A stretch of DNA of 64,000 nucleotides, from NCBI GenBank assembly GCA_043825735.1, contig JBDRRP010000062.1:1-64000 (forward strand). Direction: 5' to 3'. The translations under genes were made by a program, and so were the position numbers. This DNA comes from Pseudomonadota bacterium (lineage in GTDB: Bacteria; Desulfobacterota; Desulfobacteria; Desulfobacterales; JBDRRP01). Under the pieces are notes generated by a model that worked only from the letters and a program-made list of their open reading frames with translations, was not told the origin of the DNA and searched no databases. Shown here in pieces: positions 1 to 8,084 of this stretch (positions within the stretch are counted from its first letter, which is position 1; every line of letters begins with the position of its first letter).

Positions 1-267
1 CAAGGGGTCGAGGGGTCGAGTGAAAAGCAACTAAGAAAACAGCCAATTACGTCTGCGGACCGAAAGACTTAGGGGCGCCTGCAGTGTATCTGCGTTTTGA
101 TCTCACCGCTAATATGCCGCTCGGATCTGCTGCCGGCCGAAAAAGTACTGAATATCGCCCGATGCCGTTACTTGGCCCCTTGCCGCTGTTAAGCCGTATA
201 GGCGCAACCCTGGAACCCTTGACCCCTTGGACCCTTGAACCCTTTTCTCCAACTAAATTGGAGAAGG
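1..267. repeat. Right part of a MITE/REP-like element: oppositely oriented degenerate 8-bp repeat tracts ending in a terminal hairpin
   Basis: 1-24 c(a/g)aggggt units; 208-247 five CCCT(T/G)NNN 8-mers (ccctggaa, cccttgac, cccttgga, cccttgaa, cccttttc) in the opposite orientation; hairpin ttctccaa-ctaaa-ttggagaa at 245-265. Left end lies outside the window. Confidence 0.5.
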
Positions 268-293
268 CCCTAAAACTTTAACCAGAGGACCTC

Positions 294-968
294 ATGAAAC
301 TGATCGCCCCTTCCATCTTGTCTGCTGACTTCGCCAGGCTGGGCGACGACATCCGAGCCGTAGCAGCCGCCGGCGCTGACTGGATCCACGTGGATGTGAT
401 GGACGGCCATTTCGTGCCCAACATAACCATCGGCCCGCTGGTTGTATCTGCCATCCGGCCAGTCACCACCCTGCCCTTGGACGTGCATCTCATGATTGAG
501 CAGCCGGATCGTTACATCACAGATTTTGCCAAAGCAGGCGCCGATCTAATTGCGGTGCAGGTGGAAACCTGCCCTCACCTTCACCGCACTGTACAGCTGA
601 TCCGGGAGCAGGGATGCCGCCCCGGCGTGGTCTTGAACCCCGCTACCCCACTCTTCACCCTGGATTGGATCCTCGATGATGTCGATTTCGTTATGCTCAT
701 GAGCGTCAACCCGGGATTTGGCGGTCAGAAATTCATCCCGAGCACACTGGAGAAAATCCGCACGCTTCGGGGGATGATCCGCGCCCGGGGCCTAACGACC
801 CTCATCGAAATCGACGGGGGCGTAAACGCCGGGACCATCGCCGAGATTGCCGAGGCAGGCGCGGATGTTTTCGTGGCCGGATCGGCCATTTTCGGCAGTA
901 GCGACTACGCGGCCACCATCGTCGAATTGCGCCGACGCATGGCTGAAAAGGAGGCATCACCCGCATGA
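294..968 (+). CDS. rpe: Ribulose-phosphate 3-epimerase
   Basis: [49 protein letters not shown] motifs; GAGG RBS. Confidence 0.97.
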   Translation: MKLIAPSILSADFARLGDDIRAVAAAGADWIHVDVMDGHFVPNITIGPLVVSAIRPVTTLPLDVHLMIEQPDRYITDFAKAGADLIAVQVETCPHLHRTVQLIREQGCRPGVVLNPATPLFTLDWILDDVDFVMLMSVNPGFGGQKFIPSTLEKIRTLRGMIRARGLTTLIEIDGGVNAGTIAEIAEAGADVFVAGSAIFGSSDYAATIVELRRRMAEKEASPA

Positions 969-1405
969 GCCCTAAAGCAGCCAAAACAATCCTGGTCATC
1001 CATGGCCCAAACCTCAACATGCTGGGCACTCGGGAGCCCGCAGTGTACGGCAAGGCCACCCTGGCCGACATCGATGCGGAACTGACCGCTGATGCTACCG
1101 CCATGGGGCTTGAAGTGGCCCTGTTTCAGTCCAACCACGAAGGGGCCATCGTCGACCGGATCCAGGCGGCGGTGGGCACAGTGGACGGGCTCATCATCAA
1201 CCCCGGCGCCTACACCCACACCAGCGTCGCCATCCGCGACGCCCTCCTGCTTCTGGAGGTTCCCGTCATCGAAGTGCACATCTCCAATGTCTACAAGCGC
1301 GAAACCTTCCGCCACCGTTCGCTCATCTCGGATGTGGTCACCGGAAAAATCGTCGGCTGCGGCGTCGCCGGCTACCGCATGGCGTTGAGCTTCTTCGCGC
1401 AGTGA
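965..1405 (+). CDS. aroQ: Type II 3-dehydroquinate dehydratase
   Basis: [50 protein letters not shown] overlap with rpe. Confidence 0.97.
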   Translation: MSPKAAKTILVIHGPNLNMLGTREPAVYGKATLADIDAELTADATAMGLEVALFQSNHEGAIVDRIQAAVGTVDGLIINPGAYTHTSVAIRDALLLLEVPVIEVHISNVYKRETFRHRSLISDVVTGKIVGCGVAGYRMALSFFAQ

Positions 1406-1464
1406 AAACGCATCCTTTAGCGACGCTGTTGACGGGCAGAGCAGCGATCGCAGCCACCACTCTC

Positions 1465-1545
1465 GTGGCGACGCTCCTGCGTCGCCACACCCCCTGGTTG
1501 CTTAGCTGATGACGACCAGCAGTCAGGACGCAGGGGCGTCGTGAC
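1465..1545. repeat. Inverted pair of REP-like palindromes (REPIN-like doublet)
   Basis: gtggcgacgc-tcct-gcgtcgccac (1465-1488, perfect 10-bp stem) and a degenerate reverse-complement copy gtcaggacgc-aggg-gcgtcgtgac (1522-1545). Confidence 0.55.
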
Positions 1546-1587
1546 CAGAAAAGCGGCCCTCGTTTTCAAATAGTATCAATTTACCCC

Positions 1588-1641
1588 TTGCACCAACACA
1601 CGGCCACGTTTATACTTTATGTATCTACAAACTCGGATACA
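1588..1641 (+). promoter_or_regulatory. Sigma70-type promoter and inverted-repeat operator of vapBC
   Basis: TTGCAC (1588-1593), 17 bp, TATACT (1611-1616); TGTATC-N10-GATACA inverted repeat at 1620-1641 just before the GAGG RBS. Confidence 0.65.
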
Positions 1642-1656
1642 GAGGTGAACCATATC

Positions 1657-1887
1657 ATGACAATCGCGAAAGTATACAAAAGCGGCAACTCGCAGGTCGT
1701 CAGGATCCCTAAAGCCTTTCGGTTTGATGTGCCCGAAGTCGAAATCTTCCGCAGAGGCGACGAGATTGTGCTGCGTAAGAAAAAGCAAAATTCGGCAAAG
1801 ATATTCGAATTGCTGACGTCGCTGTCCGATGATTTCATGGCCGACGGTCGCGTGCAGCCAGCACTACAGACAAGGGACCCACTTTAA
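1657..1887 (+). CDS. vapB: VapB antitoxin (AbrB/MazE DNA-binding fold)
   Basis: MTIAKVYKSGNSQVVRIPKAFRF signature; start moved to ATG 1657 after GAGGTG RBS; TAATG overlap with toxin. Confidence 0.92.
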   Translation: MTIAKVYKSGNSQVVRIPKAFRFDVPEVEIFRRGDEIVLRKKKQNSAKIFELLTSLSDDFMADGRVQPALQTRDPL

Positions 1888-2294
1888 TGTACATGCTGGA
1901 TACGGACATCTGCATCTATATCATCAAGTCAAAACCCATCCATGTGTTGCGCCGTCTGGAATCCATCCCTCCAGAGGACCTGTGCATGTCGTCCATAACG
2001 TTTGCCGAATTGGTGAACGGCGCCAAGAAAAGTCTGAAAGTAATTGAAAATATGAATAAACTCAAAGAATTGAGTGATGTAATTCAAGTTTTGCCGTTCG
2101 ATAAACGCGCGGCATTGGCATACGGCGACATTCGATCGGACCTTGAAATGCGGGGTGAGGTGATCGGTGGTAACGACCTTCTTATCGCGGCCCACGTTCT
2201 CAGTCTAAACATGATCCTTGTCACCAACAACGAGAAGGAATTTCAACGGGTGAAAGGGTTGATGATCGACAACTGGGCAACCCCCTTGCCTTAA
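1887..2294 (+). CDS. vapC: VapC PIN-domain toxin
   Basis: YMLDTDICIY, SSITFAEL, IGGNDLLIAAH, LVTNNEKEFQRV PIN motifs. Confidence 0.95.
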   Translation: MYMLDTDICIYIIKSKPIHVLRRLESIPPEDLCMSSITFAELVNGAKKSLKVIENMNKLKELSDVIQVLPFDKRAALAYGDIRSDLEMRGEVIGGNDLLIAAHVLSLNMILVTNNEKEFQRVKGLMIDNWATPLP

Positions 2295-2558
2295 ATTCAT
2301 CGACCCGCAAGTATTGTTCCTTACCTTCTGCAATCAATTCAGCAAAATTGCCTAACCGTATCGGCTTTGCTCAGCGCTGGCGGCACTTATCTCTGAGTGA
2401 GGCAATACGGCCTCGAATTCACGAATTGATAGTCTAAGCATGATAATTTGACCTCCCCACCGCCGTGCCTTCATTACGCGACACCTGCCGGCAGAATTTG
2501 AAATATAACGCTATATTCAATCCAATTGTTCGATATGAGCGTTGGAATACGCACCGAC

Positions 2559-2602
2559 TTGACACAGCTTTTAGAATAGGTTATGAGTAGTTTAACTACT
2601 CA
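2559..2602 (+). promoter_or_regulatory. Sigma70-type promoter with overlapping perfect 9-1-9 palindromic operator
   Basis: TTGACA 2559-2564, 17 bp, TATGAG 2582-2587; TGAGTAGTT-T-AACTACTCA at 2584-2602. Confidence 0.7.
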
Positions 2603-2615
2603 CAAAGAGGCCGTA

Positions 2616-3170
2616 ATGGACTCACTGTTTTCAGGCATCATCGGTTCAAAGACCCGCATCAAGCTCTTCGTCCGCTTTTTTTTCAATCCGGATACCCAGT
2701 CCTATCTGCGCCAGTTGGCATCGGAATTCAATGTCTCCACCAATGCAGTGCGCGAGGAATTGAACCAACTCACCCAGACCAAACTCCTGCATTCCGAAAA
2801 GCGCGGCCGCCAGGTCTTCTATTCGGCCAACAGCGCGCATCCACTGTTCCCCGAGCTCAAGTCCATGGTGCGCAAGGTGTTGGGCGTCGACCAGGTCATC
2901 GACAGCATCGTCATGCGGCTGGGAAACCTGGAAAAGGCCTATCTCATCGATGATTATGTCGAGGGTAAAGACACCGGCATCATCGACATCGTGCTGGTGG
3001 GCGATATCGACCAGTACAACTTGAACGACTTGACCCGTAAGACAGAGCGCTACATCAAACGGAAAATCCGATCCATTGTACTGGATCGCACGGAGTACGA
3101 GCGTTTTCGCACTCAGTTGGAAAACCGACCCCACATGCTGATCTGGCGATCCGGTGAGCCGGCTTCTTGA
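2616..3170 (+). CDS. ArsR/winged-helix regulator with C-terminal nucleotidyltransferase-like domain
   Basis: SKTRIKL..FFFNP..SYLRQLASEFNVSTNAVREELNQL wHTH; C-terminal AYLIDDYVEGKDTGIIDIVLVG resembles a degenerate minimal NTase; ATG 2616 after AGAGG. Confidence 0.8.
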   Translation: MDSLFSGIIGSKTRIKLFVRFFFNPDTQSYLRQLASEFNVSTNAVREELNQLTQTKLLHSEKRGRQVFYSANSAHPLFPELKSMVRKVLGVDQVIDSIVMRLGNLEKAYLIDDYVEGKDTGIIDIVLVGDIDQYNLNDLTRKTERYIKRKIRSIVLDRTEYERFRTQLENRPHMLIWRSGEPAS

Positions 3171-3436
3171 GCCTGGGCGCGAGCAATCGTCCTGTTGCCC
3201 CTCGGGCCACCCTACAGGGCATGCTTTTCGCGGGGCGGTATCGGTATAGATATCCTTTGTTTACAGCATGTTGTGCGGTTTTTCAACCTGTAATCGACCC
3301 GGCGGAGCTATGTCCGCCCACCGGGCTCCAACCTTCTTTCCACGACGCGTTGAAACCCGATTGACGGATCCCCTACCAGAGACTGCCGATGGGCCATGAG
3401 GATCGCCTCGACACCCCTAAAAAAGCGGGTTGTGCC

Positions 3437-4555
3437 ATGCGCCCCCGCCTGAATCGACTGCCGCCGCTGCGGCTGCGGGACTACGTGCCGGCCGCCGTCG
3501 ACGCCGCCCTGTCGCCTGCGCGGCCGTCGCCGCCCGCGGTGCACTACTACGGTTACGCCAGGGACGCCCTTTTCGATGCGCTGAGGGTGTGCGGTCTTGG
3601 GCCGGGCGACACCGTCCTTTTCCCGGCGTACATTTGCGACGTGAGCCTCGAGCCCGTCCGGCGGCTCGGACTGCGTGTGTCGTTCTATCCGGTGTCCGAC
3701 GTGCTGCGCCCCGACTGGGGGACCCTTTGGCGGTGCATCGCCGAGACCACAGCAAAAGCGGTGATGTCGGTGAATTTTTTCGGGTTTCCCCAGCCCATGG
3801 AGCAATGGCGGGAACTCGCAAAGGAAACCGGCGTGGCATGGATCAACGACAACGCCCACGGTTACGGCAGCCGCCACGGGGACATATTCCTCGAGGCCTT
3901 CGGTGATGTGAGCGTCACCAGCATGCGAAAGGTGCTGCCCCTGGTCAACGGCGCCTGCCTGCGCATCAACCGCCCGGACCTGCTCACGCCACCCCCGGAG
4001 TGCCAGCCCTTCGCCGGCGTCCGAAGCCCCTTGCCGATTCCGGAGGAATGGCGCCGCTTCAGCCGCTCGGCAGCGGCCATGGCCGGCCTCGACAGAAGAC
4101 CACCGAAAGGGGCGTCGCCGTACGGGCAAATGCCCCCTCCGGCGGAAGCCGACCACCGCAGCGGCCCCATGGGGCAAGTCAGCCGCCGCGTTCTCGCGCG
4201 CCTGGAGGATCGCGTAATAGAGGCATGGGGCCGGAGCCGACGACGAATCTATCGCCTCTGGGGCAATTATTGCGCCGACACACCGCTGCGCCCGGTGTTC
4301 TCGGCGCTTCCGCCGGGTGTCAGCCCCATGGTCTTTCCCTGCTATGCCCGCAGCTTCCAGCACCGCCAGAAATGGCTCCACTGGGCCTGGGCCCGTAACA
4401 TCGATGCCTATCCCTGGCCCAGTCTGCCCGCGGCCTGCCGCCGGGACGACAGCGCAGCGGGGGACCGATGGCGACGCCTGCTATGCTTTCCCATTCATCC
4501 GGGCATGAACGAAGCGCGCCTCGCTTCCCGGTTGTCCTGCGGCGGTAGACCGTGA
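3437..4555 (+). CDS. Divergent DegT/DnrJ-fold PLP-dependent protein (paralog 1)
   Basis: YGYARDAL..GLGPGDTVLFPAYICDV, VNFFGFP, INDNAHGYG, GDVSVTSMRKVLP (Lys kept), LLCFPIHP; start could be 3389. Confidence 0.75.
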   Translation: MRPRLNRLPPLRLRDYVPAAVDAALSPARPSPPAVHYYGYARDALFDALRVCGLGPGDTVLFPAYICDVSLEPVRRLGLRVSFYPVSDVLRPDWGTLWRCIAETTAKAVMSVNFFGFPQPMEQWRELAKETGVAWINDNAHGYGSRHGDIFLEAFGDVSVTSMRKVLPLVNGACLRINRPDLLTPPPECQPFAGVRSPLPIPEEWRRFSRSAAAMAGLDRRPPKGASPYGQMPPPAEADHRSGPMGQVSRRVLARLEDRVIEAWGRSRRRIYRLWGNYCADTPLRPVFSALPPGVSPMVFPCYARSFQHRQKWLHWAWARNIDAYPWPSLPAACRRDDSAAGDRWRRLLCFPIHPGMNEARLASRLSCGGRP

Positions 4556-4775
4556 CCACGCCGGGAAACCGCCGATGCCCGACGCGCACCGACCGCAGAT
4601 ACCGTGTCGTTGGCGGGGCGGCCCGGAACTTGCGCGAGAATGAAAACGACTCCCAAAAAGCGGGCGGGGATCCATTTGATGCCATGCCCGGGCGCCGCCT
4701 GAACACAAACCCACGGGGCAGCGGGGATGACCCGGCGGCGGCCACCGCGCACCGAAAGACCATTGGAGTTCTCCC

Positions 4776-5870
4776 ATGAAAATACCCTGGGCACAGCCTT
4801 ACACCGATCAAGCCGAAACTGATGCGATCCTCGAGGTAATCCGGTCCAACCGTCTTTCCATGGGACCGCGGGTGAAGTCCTTTGAAGAACAGATGGCCGC
4901 CTATGTCGGGGTCCGTCACGCCGTCGCGGTCAATTCGGGGACAGCCGCCCTCGATACGGCTCTCAAATGCCTCGGCATCGCCGCGGGTGATGAGGTGGTC
5001 ATTCCGGCCCTCACCTACATCGCCACCGCCAACGCGGTGGTCTACCAGCATGCCACTCCGGTGTTCGCCGACGTCGACCCGGTGACCTTCAACCTCGATC
5101 CGGACGCTGTCCTTGGCAAACTCACGCCGCGGACCAAATGCATCATCGCCATCGATTACGGCGGCCAGGCGGCGGATTTCGCCCGGCTGAGGCGCATCGC
5201 CGACGAACACGGGCTACGCCTGGTGGAGGACGCCGCTCCCGGGCTGGGCGGCGAATACCGGGGCCGCCGGAACGGGGCCCACGGGGACATGGCCATCACG
5301 AGTTTTCACACTGCCAAGATCTTTACTACAATCGAAGGGGGCATGGTATTCACCGACGATGACCGGCTGGCGGCAACGGCGCGGATCATACGCTCCCAGG
5401 GCGAGGACCCCGATGCGAAATACATCCACCCGGTGATCGGCCACAACTACCGCATGACAGAAATCAACGCAGCCATCGGCATGGTTCAGATGGGCCGGGC
5501 TGCGCAGGTTCTGGCATCCCGCGATGCGGCCGCCCGTCGATACCTGAGCCGGCTTTCGGGCCGCCCCGGGATATCGGTTCCCCGGGTCTCGCCCGATGCC
5601 ACCCACGCATGGTTTCTGTTCCCGGTGCTCATCGACGGCCGCGATGCTGTTAAGCGGCTGCTAGACCAGGACGGCATCGAGACCAATGTCTCCTGGCCGC
5701 ACCCGGTGTACGCTCAGGCCCCCTACCGCGGGTACCCCCACGACCCGTGTCCGGTGAGCGAATCCATCGCCGGCCGCGTGCTCTGCCTGCCCATGTTTTA
5801 CCAGATTTCCGAAGACGCCCAGGATTTTGTCGCGGACCGGCTGTTGGCGGCAATGGACGCGGCCGCCTGA
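4776..5870 (+). CDS. DegT/DnrJ/EryC1/StrS sugar aminotransferase
   Basis: AVNSGTAAL, GDEVVIPALTYIATANAV, EDAA, SFHTAKIFTTIEGG, GHNYRMTEINAAIG. Confidence 0.93.
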   Translation: MKIPWAQPYTDQAETDAILEVIRSNRLSMGPRVKSFEEQMAAYVGVRHAVAVNSGTAALDTALKCLGIAAGDEVVIPALTYIATANAVVYQHATPVFADVDPVTFNLDPDAVLGKLTPRTKCIIAIDYGGQAADFARLRRIADEHGLRLVEDAAPGLGGEYRGRRNGAHGDMAITSFHTAKIFTTIEGGMVFTDDDRLAATARIIRSQGEDPDAKYIHPVIGHNYRMTEINAAIGMVQMGRAAQVLASRDAAARRYLSRLSGRPGISVPRVSPDATHAWFLFPVLIDGRDAVKRLLDQDGIETNVSWPHPVYAQAPYRGYPHDPCPVSESIAGRVLCLPMFYQISEDAQDFVADRLLAAMDAAA

Positions 5871-5942
5871 CGGCCGGCGGCCATCGCCGCTGCCCACGGA
5901 TTCACGCCGTCACCGGCATCTCACAAGAAAAGGACACACCCC

Positions 5943-6875
5943 ATGAACGTTCTCGTCACCGGCGGCGCCGGCTACATCGGCGCGATACTGGTCCCAGACC
6001 TGCTCGCAGCCGGCCACCGCGTGGTGGTCATCGACAATTTCATGTTCGCCCAGACGTCGCTGCTGGACTGCTGTCACGACGATCGCCTTCAGATCGTCCG
6101 GGGCGATGTCCGGGACGCGTCGCTCCTGAAAAAGCATCTATCCGGCGCCGACTGCATCATCCCGCTGGCCTGCCTGGTGGGGGCGCCGCTCTGCCGGCAG
6201 GAACCGCACACGGCCAAAGCCGTCAACCATGATGCCATCGCCGAGCTCCTGGCCCACCGGAGCCGTGAACAGATCATCCTGTTTCCCACCACCAACAGCG
6301 GGTATGGCATCGGCGAATCCGACATATTCTGCACGGAGGAAACGCCGCTAAACCCCATCTCCCTGTACGGGCGGCTGAAGGTAGACATCGAGAAACAGCT
6401 GCTGGACGCCGGCGGGGTGATCACGTTTCGGCTCGCCACTGTATTCGGCATCAGCCCCCGCATGCGGCTCGATCTGCTGGTCAACGATTTCACCTACCGC
6501 GCCGTCACCGACCGGTTCATCATCCTGTTCGAAGCCCACTTTAAGCGCAACTACATCCACGTCCGGGATGTCTCACGGGTATTTTTGCACGGCATGGCCC
6601 ACTTCGAGGACATGCGCGACCGGCCTTACAATGTCGGGCTTTCGGATGCGAACCTGTCCAAGTGGGAGTTGTGCGAGGCGATCGCCGGAGAGGTTCCCGA
6701 TTTTTACTTCGAGGAGGCCAGCATCGGCGAGGACCCGGACAAGCGAAATTATATCGTCAGCAACGAGCGGATCGAGGCCACCGGGTTCCGTCCGGCCCAC
6801 CGCCTGCAAGACGGCATTCAGGAACTGGTCAAGGGATACCAGATCATCCGCAGGCACGGTTTCAGCAATGTGTAA
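5943..6875 (+). CDS. NAD-dependent SDR epimerase/dehydrogenase, Cj1427-like GDP-heptose C4 dehydrogenase family
   Basis: TGGAGYIG, IIPLACLVGAPLC, PTTNSGYGIGE, YGRLK, FRLATVFGISPRMRLDLLVNDFTYRA, IGEDPDKRNYIVSN; closely matches my recollection of C. jejuni Cj1427. Confidence 0.85.
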   Translation: MNVLVTGGAGYIGAILVPDLLAAGHRVVVIDNFMFAQTSLLDCCHDDRLQIVRGDVRDASLLKKHLSGADCIIPLACLVGAPLCRQEPHTAKAVNHDAIAELLAHRSREQIILFPTTNSGYGIGESDIFCTEETPLNPISLYGRLKVDIEKQLLDAGGVITFRLATVFGISPRMRLDLLVNDFTYRAVTDRFIILFEAHFKRNYIHVRDVSRVFLHGMAHFEDMRDRPYNVGLSDANLSKWELCEAIAGEVPDFYFEEASIGEDPDKRNYIVSNERIEATGFRPAHRLQDGIQELVKGYQIIRRHGFSNV

Positions 6876-6931
6876 CCCCCACCGGGTCGCTGGCCGCTCG
6901 GAGACCCGACCCTTTTAAACGAATCGACCTC

Positions 6932-8074
6932 ATGGATTTGTCCCGTTATCGATATGTCGTCGTGGGCGCCGGTTTCTACGGCGCCACCGTCGCCGAGCGG
7001 ATTGCCGAAGCGCTGGGCGCCGAGGTCCTGGTGATCGAACGGCGCGGTCACATCGGCGGCAATTCCTATAGCGAAGTGGACGCCGAGACCGGCATCGAAT
7101 ACCACAAATACGGATCCCACATTTTCCACACGGCCAGCGACCGGGTGTGGGCCTACGTGAACCGGTTCGCGTCCTTCACCCATTACCGGCACCGCGTCTT
7201 CACCACCCACGCCGGCCGGGTCTATCCGTTTCCTATCAACCTGTCCACCATCAACGCCTTCTTCGGGGTCAACCTGCGTCCGGGCGAAGTCGATGCCTTC
7301 CTTCGGGATAAAGACGAGATCGTCCCCATGGCCGCACCGCGCAATTTCTATGAAAAGGCGGTGAGCGCCATCGGGCGATCCCTCTACGAAGCCTTCATCG
7401 AAGGGTACACGGCCAAACAGTGGCAGGCAGACCCCACCACCCTGCCTCCCGGACTCTTCGACCGGCTCATCGTTCGGCGCAACTATCAAAGCGACTATTT
7501 CAGCGATCCCCACCAAGGGGTCCCCCGGAATGGCTACGGCGCCCTATTCCGCGCCCTGCTGGCACATCCGCGCATCACCCTACGGCTGGACACCGATTTT
7601 TTCGATCTGGAGCCCCACCTGGGTGAGGGCGCCCTTGTGGTGTATTCCGGCCCCATCGACCGGTACTTCGACTACCGCCACGGCCCCCTCGGATGGCGGA
7701 CGCTGGAATTCAAGCGGCGGGTCTACGACGTCGAAGACTATCAGGGAACCACGGTCATGAACCAGGCCGATGCAGCGGTCCCCTTCACGCGGACCCACGA
7801 ATTCAGGCACTACCACCCTGAGCGCGCCTACGGGAAAAAGACCCTGGTCTTCGAAGAGTACTCCCGGCCGGTCAACGGCGCCGAAGCGCCCTATTATCCC
7901 ACCGACAGCGACCGGGACCGGCAATTGATCGCGCGCTACCGCGCCGATGCCCGCACCCGACCGGATGTCATTTTCGGCGGCCGCCTGGGGGCCTACCACT
8001 ACCTGAACATGGACGAAGCCGTCGACGCGGCGTTGGACACGTTCGAAACCCGCATCCGGTGCCGCCGGAACTAA
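6932..8074 (+). CDS. glf: UDP-galactopyranose mutase family flavoenzyme
   Basis: VVGAGFYG, ERRGHIGGN, HKYGSHIFHT, YTAKQW, FTRTHEFRHY, PYYP, GGRLGAYHYLNMD; start set at ATG 6932. Confidence 0.9.
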   Translation: MDLSRYRYVVVGAGFYGATVAERIAEALGAEVLVIERRGHIGGNSYSEVDAETGIEYHKYGSHIFHTASDRVWAYVNRFASFTHYRHRVFTTHAGRVYPFPINLSTINAFFGVNLRPGEVDAFLRDKDEIVPMAAPRNFYEKAVSAIGRSLYEAFIEGYTAKQWQADPTTLPPGLFDRLIVRRNYQSDYFSDPHQGVPRNGYGALFRALLAHPRITLRLDTDFFDLEPHLGEGALVVYSGPIDRYFDYRHGPLGWRTLEFKRRVYDVEDYQGTTVMNQADAAVPFTRTHEFRHYHPERAYGKKTLVFEEYSRPVNGAEAPYYPTDSDRDRQLIARYRADARTRPDVIFGGRLGAYHYLNMDEAVDAALDTFETRIRCRRN

Positions 8075-8084
8075 CGGACATGTC

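Noticed and set aside
2350..2547. attC-like hints after vapC (GCCTAAC at 2350; aacgct/agcgtt hairpin at 2507-2543)
   Set aside because: No properly paired RYYYAAC/GTTRRRY boxes at plausible length, no array, and no integron integrase in the window.
4541..4554. GGCGGTAG resembling an ops/JUMPstart element
   Set aside because: It lies inside a coding 3' end, lacks the nnTG continuation, and no RfaH-like gene is present; likely chance in GC-rich DNA.
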